From Pelomyxa schiedti (Eukaryota; Protista; Evosea), in contig JAHLWZ010000460.1 in the NCBI GenBank assembly GCA_020536535.1, positions 1 through 36,977 of the forward strand: 36,977 bases of DNA, in the 5' to 3' direction. The notes below the pieces were generated by a model. It saw nothing but the letters and a program-made list of their open reading frames with translations. It made no database searches and was not told where the DNA came from. Each line of letters starts with the position of its first letter. The first letter of the stretch is position 1. The position numbers were made by a program, and so were the translations under genes. Shown piece by piece: positions 11,016-21,432 of this stretch.

Positions 11016-14000
11016 ATGGCAACGGTATCGCACACGTTCGAGAAAAAAACGTTCCACGGCCCAACGTAACTATTCGGGTGTATTTTATTGACTAACGGCA
11101 CCTCAGGTTTTGCTCCTACTGTGGTAAATTTATTTGGGGATTGTATTTGCAAGGTACCCGTTTATATATACATAATTCGTTTAGGTGCTTACTTGTTCGT
11201 TTTAGGCTATTCATGCACAGGTTACCTGAAATACCCTTTCCTAAATTTTAAAATTTTGCCTTGCCCTGCTATACGAACTAAAGTCAATAATAATTAATTA
11301 GGATGTACGTACACTACTCACAAACGGTGCCGCCGGCTGGCCCCTCCCAGCTGCCGGCGTCATGTTTTGGTTGCCGCAGCTCCAACTCCTCCAACACCCA
11401 CTCCAACACCTACTACTCATGCAACTCCCACTTCTAGCCCAAGCCCTACTCCCACTGGCAGTGCTTCTTCTTCTGGTGCCAAGACGAAAACGGGAAGTGC
11501 TTCTGGATCCGTGGGGAAAGGAAGTGTGCACATTGAAATCTCCTCTGGCTCTTCCTCTTCCAGCTCCAAAAGTCTGGATTTGCATCCCACTGCACCATTG
11601 GTCGTTGAATCACCTGTTGTGACAACGGCATCAGCCGTTGTGTCAACACCTGCTCGGGCTTCATCTCCAGAACACCCAAAGCCGACATCTACACCTTCCT
11701 CTCCATCAGCACCACTTACTGCTCAACCTGCAACTACAGCTTCAACCTCCACAACACCCAGTGCATCAGCTTCCGCATCACAGGTTATTGATGATGCAGT
11801 CATTGCCAGGATAATGGAACTTGGGTACTCTCATGACCGGGCTATTTATGCTCTTTCGCATTCCGTATTATACTTTTCAGTCCTACTTCTTCTTATGTCA
11901 ATAGGACTTCAATGAGTCTCGAGCTATTGATTGGCTGCTTAATCACCTTGAAGATGCTGTGGATGCAGCACCTTCGAACACACCAGCATCTCCTGCGACT
12001 TCCACCATGGCCACACCATCCCCTGTTAACAAGTCTTCAACAACAGAAAAGCTACCGACAACTTCTGTGTGCACATCTACATCATCCGCGGCACAAACCA
12101 GCCCATCTAGTGCTTCGGAACCAACTTCCAAGCTAATTCGAACATCAGCTCGTGGAGCTCTGTTGCGTTCCAAGATGTATGAGGGTTTGGGGAAGGGAAA
12201 TAAAACTTCAACTTACAATGATTCAAGGTTACAGGCTAGAGAGTATGTAGACTTTTTTTTTCTTACCATCTAAGTTTAAACCCTTCTGTGGTGTTCCTTG
12301 TACAGACGGGGTAAATCAATCTCATACAATTTTGAAAACTAACATTTCTAAAGCTGGCCTGGGAATGTCAATGGCTGACGAAAATGAATTTGATGATGAA
12401 AATTACCATGAAACCGATGCCGATTGGTTCTTAGATGAAGGTGATGAAGCTGACGAGAGGCTATTCCAAGTTATTGAAAGAAGCACTCTGGCAAGAAAGA
12501 TCGAACTGGTTAGGTGATTGAGCGATCTTTTTAGATTTTAACAAATTTCAGACAATAGCTGACCTTGCTCTTGAACTCAATATGAGTCCTGAAGATGCTG
12601 GGTTGCTCTTGAAATTCTTTGGGTAACTTCACATCAATTTATATTGCATTTATGCAATAAGGTGGAAGAAGGAATCTCTTGAACACTCTTATTGGGATAG
12701 CCCCGAAAAATATTGCGAAAAAGCTGGAATCATTTTTGTATACCCCTTGCCACAGGTCACTATTATTACTTTAACATTTTCACAGGGAACAACAAAAGAG
12801 GTAGTACCGGACGTAATTGAATGCCTTGTTTGCTGCACAGAAGTTCCTGGTGCGCAATCTTGTGCATTATCTTGTGGGCATCGCTATTGCTTTGACTGCT
12901 GGAAGGGGCATCTATCAGCAATGGTTCTTCCCTTTCTATGTTGTTGGTGAAATATTTTTCATCCCGTCTTCATTTCCTTCCCTATCGCAGGTAACTTCCC
13001 TTGGTGCTGAAGTAATCTCCTCAAAATGTATGGCCCCAGGGTGCCCATGCAAGGTACCACATACAACCTGGAAGATTGCCGAGCCCAAAGATTATGAAAG
13101 GTTCCTTTTTCCTTTCCGACACCATTAATTGAAAACAGATACTTGTACTTCCTTACTAAAGATTTTGCTGAAAAGAGTGGGCAGTATGTTTTCTGTTCAA
13201 ACGAATCTTGTGGCAAAGTCATACAATTCTTTGGTAAGCTAGTGTGATATTTCTGTACCCTTACATTTTCTTAGGCGGATACAAATCAGCTGATGTAGTC
13301 GAGTGTTTGTGTGGTCAACGTTTTTGGTTAAAATTCCCCCTTTTTCCCCTTCGATATATAACCAAACCTTCAGTTTTGCATGCGGGAGAGAGAAGCATAA
13401 TCCCGTTACTTGCACCCAAGTAGGCCAAGATAGAAACATTTTTGATGAATCCTAACCCTCTGTGAATAGTTTGATACATGGAAAGCAAAGAATAGTGGGG
13501 ACGAGGAAAGTATCAAACTTGTCAATGCCACAGCCAAGCCCTGTTTCCATTGCAGTAATGAATATTATTATTTTATTTTATGAGGTACTAAACTGTGCCA
13601 CCAGAAATGCCAACCGAGAGGAACCAGGGCTGTAATCATATGACATGCTCCCGATGTAGAGGAGAATGGTGCTGGATGTGCAGGGGTGATTGGAAGGTTG
13701 CCATGTACCCCCCCAGTACTCCTACTGACACGCTTCCAGACTCATGGGTCACACACAGGGGGTTACTTCAGTTGTAACAAATATGATACCTCAGACGCAA
13801 AGAAGATTGATGACCAATCTGCCCGTGTTCTCGAGGATAACAAAAAGATGGCTTTCTTCTTTGAGAGGAAGGCATGCGCATCGTTTTGCTGTGGAATTAA
13901 TGCATCTCAAAGGTTCATTGGGCATGAAAGCAGTGCCAACCAGTTGCTGCGGAATAAAGCCAAAATGTTGGCTGATGCTCAAGCATATGGTCAACAAGCC

Positions 14001-14800
14001 CACATCAATTATGATGCTGTTGGGGAAGCAATAAACTTAATTGTCGAGGTATGCCACTCGGTCTCTGAGTTAAACCTCATACTGTACTTTAAGTGCCGCG
14101 TTATCTTGAAATACACCTATGTGTATGCCTTTTTCATGCCAGAAACATGGAAGGAGAAGAACTTCTTTGAGTACCTCCAAGGTTCAGTTTCACTCTCCCA
14201 GTTTCTATGCTTTGTTCTGAAACAACGAATACAGCCAATGCGGAGGGCATCACCGAGAGGTTAAACAAACTCGTACAAACGCCAGTTGAGACCCTTAACC
14301 TCGACGAACTAATGAACCTGATCCGGGTCACCCGGAAGTTCATCAACAACTTGGTTAAAGGAATTGAAGAAGGACTCCCAGAAGTAGAGCGCACTCCCGC
14401 ACCCGCTCCCGAACCCGATCCCGCAAGTAAGTCACTCCCATTCCCAACAACCCAACCAAACCACTACAGTCAACAAACAGCTGAATAACCCACAACAATA
14501 TACAATACAACAACAGCAATACCGGACCGCGTGAAGCACCCGCTGCACAAGCACGAATTAGTCCGCAACTATGCGGACAACGGGTGGCGATGTGATGGTG
14601 CTGACAGGAAGGGTGGCTGCAGGCGTGGAATCACCGGATTTGGACAGACCTCTGGGATGTCGAGATGGAGATGTGCTTCGGTATGTGTGTTGTGAGAGCA
14701 ACAACCAAAAAAAAAAATTACAACAACCCATCTAATGCCTTGCTTGCAGTGTGACTATGACCTATGTGACAAATGTATTCTAGACAAGAAATCGCCCTAA
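11016..14800 (+). CDS. Ariadne-family RBR E3 ubiquitin ligase with N-terminal C1 domain, S/T/P linker, UBA, RING1-IBR-RING2-Ariadne and C-terminal ZZ-like zinc finger
   Basis: Spliced N-terminus [80 protein letters not shown]1 [57 protein letters not shown]2 [22 protein letters not shown]. Ariadne [30 protein letters not shown]. Tail [25 protein letters not shown]; stop at 14798-14800. Confidence 0.92.
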
Positions 14801-14958
14801 CGAACGTGCAAACATCAACCAACGCTCACAGAGCTGTTGCCCTGATCATAGTTGTAAAGAATTATAGTCGATCGACGTGCTGGTCTTTTCTCAAAGAAAG
14901 TCCCTTTGATTAGATCACCGGGTAGAAGAACAAGAAAATAATAGTGTGCCGGTTTGGT

Positions 14959-16990
14959 ATGATGGAGACCCTGAGCGGGGCATTGCAGTCACTGATCGAG
15001 CCACGGCCCCACCTTGTGGTTCTCGTCGATTGTTCCGACTCCATCCCGCCCGCGGACTACGCGGTCGTCCGCGACAGCGTGCTGCCCAGGCTCCTGTCGC
15101 GCACCCGCGGCCTCACCCGCGGCGTCCTCGAGTTCGCGGGCAACGGCGAGGCCCACCCCGTGTGCCCCCTGACCACGGACGACGCGCAGCTGGCCGACTC
15201 GGTGCGCCCGCGCGCGGGCCCCACGGAGCGCCCCGACGGCCGCGCGTTCCCGGGCATGATGCGGCGCCGCGAGGGCGCCTCCAACGTGTCGTTCGCGGTC
15301 TCGTACGCCAGCGGGTACTTCAGCCGGGCCAAGCAGGGGGCGTGCGTGGTGGTGACGGGGTCGGCGGCGGGCTACGGGCCCATAGTACCCCTGCCCTTCG
15401 CGAGGGTTGTGTTCATGGGCGTCGGCGGCGGGGTGACCGCCGAGGCGCTCTGGGAGAAGTTCCCCGGTGCCCAGTGTTTCCACTTTCGGGACGGCACTGC
15501 TTTGTACGAGGCGCTGAGGGGGCTGACGCCCATTGTGGGTGCCTCTACGACTACTGGCACTGGCACTGGCGGTGGTGGTGCTATTGCAACCGGAAACCAA
15601 CTAGTTCAAACACCACTAACAACAACAATGACAACAATAAATAATAGTAGTACACAAGAGCAGCTGGTACAACAACTACAAAGTGAGAAGAAAGCTTTGC
15701 TGGATCGCCTCAATCGGTGTGAAGAACAGTACAGACAGCTCCAGGTATCTATTGCCCCCTAGACTCGTGGAGTGGCGGTCATTATCCTCATTCTCACTTC
15801 ACACCACAGCAACTCATTGACACAATGATTTCACTTATTCCTGCCGATATCTCAGACTTCTCATTGGAACGACGCCTTGGAACAGGCGCTGGAGGAGCGA
15901 CCTTTAAAGTGCAATTCCACAGAAACTGCTCTTCAACATCAACAAGCGGACAGTATGCATCCTGTCCCAATTCAAGCAGGACAACCACAATGATGGTCAT
16001 GAAAGTTGTATTCAACTGGGAGAACACACCAGGGCAAACAATGCTGAGGCAGAAGTATATGGCCGAGTGTGTCATTCTCTCTTCAATCCCGCATCATCCC
16101 AACGTTGTTCACCCGCTCGGTGCGATCGTACTCCCAAGGTTTCTTGTGCCTTCAAAATATCTTACTAAAACCATGTAGGTTACCATCTGAGTTTATCGAA
16201 GCTATCTCAAAAGAGAAGAACATTTTCCAGGACACATCACTCAACCGATCACTTGGGTTCCTCATGCCCTTCTGTGGGATCCCCTTGTCTCCCTTTTTAT
16301 CCTCAGTTGATACCGTAAGTGTTCGTTCCTTCACATATTTTTTTACCATCTTCCGTCTCCTTTGCTCAGATGCACCTCACGAGAGTGGTAGTGGATATTC
16401 TGAGTCAGGCACTCAAGGCGATTCATCACATTGAGTCCCACATGATTGTTCACAAGTGTGTTTCCTTGATATTCCTCTCCACCAACATACCAACCAGGGA
16501 CATCAAGCAAGACAACCTCCTGATTGACCCGGAAACCAGAAAACTGACTGTGATCGACTTTGGGGAAGCACAGCGGTGCCTCAACAGCAACCTTGACAGC
16601 ATGATATCCACAACCGCACAACCGTGGGCCAACCCAGGCACCATTCCGCCGGAACTCAGCACCATCCTGAGGAACCTCACCAGGACCAACACCGCGTCCA
16701 TGTTCTCATACGCAAAGTGCGATTCCTTCGCGCTGGCACTCACGTTCTACGATTCCCTCCTTCCGGAACATTCCAAATTCATTGGAACCCCACAGAACGC
16801 CGACATGTCACAGTTCACAACAGATGCTCTCCTCTCGTCGTTCCCTCTCCCTTCTTCCGTTCTCTCCACCGCCACATCAACCCTTCATCCAGTCCTTGTT
16901 GGGATGATGCATCCTGACAAATCCAAGAGGTTGTCAGCTGATCAGGCCCTCTCCGTCCTCATCGTTGTCAGTGCCACATCCTCATCATAA
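14959..16990 (+). CDS. vWA domain - coiled coil - PINK1-like Ser/Thr kinase, copy 1
   Basis: vWA LVVLVDCSDS (DxSxS). Coiled coil QQLQSEKKALLDRLNRCEEQ. Kinase LGTGAGG, VMKVVFNW, HHPNVVHPL, NRSLGFLMP, spliced HKDIKQDNLLI, LTVIDFGEA, NPGTIPPEL, FSYAKCDSFALA, MMHPDKSKR. Confidence 0.85.
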
Positions 16991-17058
16991 TGAAAAGATG
17001 ATGAACAATCCAAAAATTTTTGTTTCGACTAAACATCGAATCGATACGGTTTTAATTG

Positions 17059-19701
17059 ATGGCAATGCTCGGGCCGGGGCCCTCCCTCGCCATCTTTGTT
17101 GACAGCTCGGCAGCCGTCTCGCCCGGGGACTACGCTGTCATCCGCGACAGGGTGCTGCCCAAGCTCATCGCGTGCACAGCCGGGCTCCAGCGCGCCGTCC
17201 TCGCCTTCCACGGCCCAGACCGCGTAGACACGGTGTGCCCCCTGGTCGCCGACGACCTGCAGCTGACGGACTCGCTGCGCCCGCGGCTCCCGCCCACCGA
17301 GCACCCAGGCGGCACCCGCCACGCGTTCCCCGGGAAGATGCAGCACCNNNNNNNNNNNNNNNNNNNNNNNNNNNNNNNNNNNNNNNNNNNNNNNNNNNNN
17401 NNNNNNNNNNNNNNNNNNNNNNNNNNNNNNNNNNNNNNNNNNNNNNNGACACGGTGTGCCCCCTGGTCGCCGACGACCTGCAGCTGACGGACTCGCTGCG
17501 CCCGCGGCTCCCGCCCACCGAGCACCCAGGCGGCACCCGCCACGCGTTCCCCGGGAAGATGCAGCACCACACCCGCGACGGACCAACGGACGCAGGGATG
17601 ATAGGCGCCCGCGCCTTGGAGTGGGTGGGGGAGCCGGACGTGGGGGTGGTGCGGGCGTGCGTGGTGGTGACGGGGGGGCCGGCGGCGACTGGGCCCGGCG
17701 GGGGGGCGGCGGCGGGGAGACTGCCACCCGGGAGGGTGGTTGTTATTGGGGTGGGGATGGGGAATGGCGGCCGAGGGGCTGGCGAGGAAGTTCCCTGGGG
17801 CTCGGTGTTTCCACTTTGGGGATGGCGCTGCTTTGTACAGGGAATTGGACGGGTTGTGGCCTGTTTCGCAGAGAGGGAGCTGTGCCGTCGCTGCAACTGT
17901 GGGTGTTATTTCATCTGAAAACAAACAAGCATACCAAAATAACAAATAACAAATAACAAATAACAAATAACTGCAAGTACAGCAGGAAAGCGGGCTGGTG
18001 CAACAACTTCTAGGGGAGAAGAAAGCGTTACTGGATAGCCTGACTCGGTGTGAAGAAGAGCTAAGAATTTACCAGGTATCTCCACTATTGTTCCTCCGTA
18101 CATTGACCGATCACCGCTTCGCAGGCTCGTTGTGAACAAGATGCGAGAAGCTACAAGGTCTTCCTTTTTTTTCTCTTTTATCCTCTCCCTTGTCGCACCC
18201 CTAATTGCTCAAAATCAAAGCAGACTCGTATGAGTCAGTGCGAAGAAGAGTTGAGGAACTCTGAGGTATTTTTGGCGGTCATTATCCTCATTCTCACTTC
18301 ACAGCACAGTGGCTCATTGACACAATGACTTCCCTGATCCCTGCCGATATATCTGATTTCTCGTTGGCCAGACTTCTTGGAACGGGTACCAGTGCAGCGG
18401 CCTTTGAAGTGCAATTTCACAGAAACTCCTCTTCACCACCGAGCGGAGGTAATTCCAATGGAACAACGATGATGGTCATGAAAGTTGTGTTCAACTGGGA
18501 GAACATTCCAAGGCAAACGATGCTGAGGCAGAAGTATATGGCCGAGTGTGTCATTCTCTCTTCAATTCCGCACCACCCCAACGTTGTTCACCCGCTCGGT
18601 GCGATCGTACTCCCAAGGTTCCTTTCTTTTGCTCTCAGGGCACTTTGATGATAACCACTCATGAAAGGTTGCCGCCCAACTTTGTCGAAGCGATACCGAA
18701 AGAGAAGAACGTTTTCCGAGAACTGTCACTCAACAGATCACTCGCGTTCCTCATGCCCTCTTGTGGTATCCCCTTGTCTCACTTTTTGTCTTCCCTTGAT
18801 CCCGTGAGTGCTTTGATTTCCTTTCACATATTTTTCCTCATCCTTGGTTGAACCAGATTCACCTCACGACCGTGACAGTGGATATTCTGAGTCAGGCACT
18901 CAAGGCGATTCATCACATTGAGTCCCACATGATTGTTCACAAGTTTGCGATTTCTCTTCACATTCATCTCTCCACCAACATACCAACCAGAGACATCAAG
19001 CAAGACAACCTCCTGGTTGACCCGGAAACCAGAAAACTCACTGTGATCGACTTTGGGGAAGCACAGCGGTGCCTCAACAGCAACCTTGACAGCATGATAT
19101 CCACAACCGCACAACCGTGGGCCAACCCAGGCACCATTCCGCCGGAACTCAGCACCCTCCTGAGGAACCTCACCAGGACCAACACCGTGTCCATGTTCTC
19201 ATACTCAAAGTGCGATTCCTTCGCGCTGGCACTCNNNNNNNNNNNNNNNNNNNNNNNNNNNNNNNNNNNNNNNNNNNNNNNNNNNNNNNNNNNNNNNNNN
19301 NNNNNNNNNNNNNNNNNNNNNNNNNNNNNNNNNNACCGTGGGCCAACCCAGGCACCATTCCGCCGGAACTCAGCACCCTCCTGAGGAACCTCACCAGGAC
19401 CAACACCGTGTCCATGTTCTCATACTCAAAGTGCGATTCCTTCGCGCTGGCACTCGCGTTCTACGATGCCCTTCTTCCGGAACATTCCAAATTCATTGGA
19501 ACACAACAGAACGCCGACATGTCACAGTTCACAACAGATGCTCTCCTCTCGTCGTTCCCTCTCCCTGCGATTCTCTCAGCCACCACTCCACGATCATCCA
19601 CGCTTCATACAGTACTTGTTGGGATGATGCATCCTGACAAATCCAAGAGGTTTAACTCTGAAGGAGCCCTGTCACAGCTTACGCAATCATTATTCTCCTA
19701 G
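17059..19701 (+). CDS. vWA - coiled coil - PINK1-like kinase, copy 2; interrupted by two gaps and an apparent +1 frameshift near 17760 (sequencing error or pseudogene)
   Basis: Paralogous to copy 1 throughout (AIFVDSSAAV, KFPGARCFHF, MVMKVVFNW, HKDIKQDN, YSKCDSF). Homology switches frame at gtggggatggggaatggcg. Confidence 0.75.
17937..17971. repeat. (AAATAAC)5 heptamer tandem repeat, probably intronic in kinase copy 2
   Basis: aaataacaaataacaaataacaaataacaaataac read directly; it places stop codons in the vWA frame. Confidence 0.85.
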
Positions 19702-19793
19702 CACTACGATTGCATGTAACAAACCAAAATCACTGGACAAAACGACTTACAAAAACGTGTTTGTTTTATTTACTGTGTGTTGTACAGGGAAGG

Positions 19794-21255
19794 TCAAGGT
19801 GTTTCCTTTGTGATCAGGGGAAGGTCGTTGCCTGCTTTGTCATCGAAAACATCACCAGTTCTTGGGGTACCTTCTTCACCCATTGACAGCACTGCCGATG
19901 AGCCTATTGGTTTCACAACAACCAACTCCACTGCCTCTGTACTATCAGAGGCTGATTTATTTGTTGTGCTGTCAATTCCCCCAGCTTTCACTGGGACTTG
20001 TGATGATAATGACAGCGACCGCTGTAGCATGGAATCCCTCTTCTTTAGGAGGAACAGCGTTGGCAGTGACACCAGCAGGAAGCTGGTTGATACCGCAAAA
20101 GTGCAGCTCCACCATATTCCCCACCGCATCAACGTCACACCAACAAGCAGTGAGTATGTATATGCACCCACCACACCCATTCCCATCGATGTAGCTGTAC
20201 CGACCACCATTTCGTGGCCGTTGGTTATCATCAGCGCCGAGAATGATGCCAGAGAGAATATCGGGAATGCGCTGAGTGCTCCGGATAGAACCGGTGATGC
20301 CTGTGATGCACATACAACCGCCAGCATAAGAAGTGCTCCGGCCGATGACCGCACACCGTAGGTAATGATTCCCACCTTGAGAGTGCTCTTTGGCGGTGGC
20401 TGGAACTCAAACAGCTTCATTAGGGCCCCGACTACAAAGACCGCGAAGAGGAATGAGAGCGACACGGTTACGAGGCCGTCCATTCCGACGTAGTCCACGA
20501 TGTAGTCAACTCCCCAAAGTGAAAGCGGAACGGAAACGCCCAGCCAGAATACGAGATTGACCGCAACAACGACGCAAACAGAGACCCACCGCCGCTTGAT
20601 TCCAATTTTTTCAATCCCCATTGGAACGAATACCCATAGGAGGTATGACAATGAACTCGGCAACCTAACAAAGATTTTGGTGAGTGGAATGAAAGGTGCT
20701 GTATTGCTTTGTTTTATTATTTATATGATTTATTATTATTATATTTATTTTCTCTGTACTTAATTTTGAAGTTCCATTCTAACCATACTGTGCAGGAATA
20801 AATTAATGTACACACCCGACTATCGGGCACACAAGCATTGCCTTGGTGAGAGCTTCCTGGTCAACAACAAGGAATCCCAAGGAAACTGTAGTAACAAACT
20901 CCAGCGATGGTAATCCCCTGTGTTATGTAAGCATTCAACTTGTTTGTACCAATCAAGCACTAACAACAAAATAAAATAAAAAAACCTAAAAAAAGGGCAA
21001 AACGCACCCGACCAAGCCCCCCCATGTTCCCCCTCCTTTCTCAGACGCAAATGTTGTGAGTCCAACCCAGAACCCACCAACCACACACGATACAATCGCC
21101 GTAATAACAAACTCAACGTCCACCATCCTACGAGAAAACAAAGCTAATTTGTGTGCCGGGTTCGTGTTGGAAACAATCTGTGTTTGTTGTTTAGTGAGTT
21201 CTTCCTGGTCACATCGACTAAAAAAGGGAGTTTCGGTGAAGGACGGGGTACTCAT
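19794..21255 (-). CDS. Multi-pass membrane protein with internal two-fold repeat, DUF3147-like (start may be 21126)
   Basis: Hydrophobic ORF 19794-20663 plus upstream exons. Repeated motifs SEKGGGTWGGLVG/GLP and SQASPVLSGALSAFPIFS resemble the GxxxGGxxxxLP / GxxSGxxSAFP motifs I recall from prokaryotic DUF3147-type proteins. Confidence 0.65.
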
Positions 21256-21432
21256 CTTGGGCCAGTTTCATGGATTCTTCGCTTGGTTGTTTCATTGATG
21301 TCTGCGGAGGATCTTTTCCCTCTTGGGTTGTGTTGTGTTAGGCGCACCTAAGTTTGAGGCAAAAAAAGATTCATTCAATGTTTCTTTGTATTGTTATGAA
21401 TGTCAATGACACAATTCTTGGTATGGTTTTGC

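Noticed and set aside
14946-15644. Multiple long overlapping Arg/Pro/Gly-rich ORFs in other frames (also 17029-17966)
   Set aside because: Stop-codon scarcity in very GC-rich exons; only one frame gives vWA motifs.
17227-17568. ~120-nt direct repeats flanking gaps (also 19115-19454 and 34675-35014)
   Set aside because: Identical sequence on both sides of a fixed 100-N gap at three places; these are unmerged contig overlaps, not biological repeats or target-site duplications.
19777-20361. 194-aa plus-strand ORF
   Set aside because: Antisense to the hydrophobic membrane-protein exon; no recognisable motifs.
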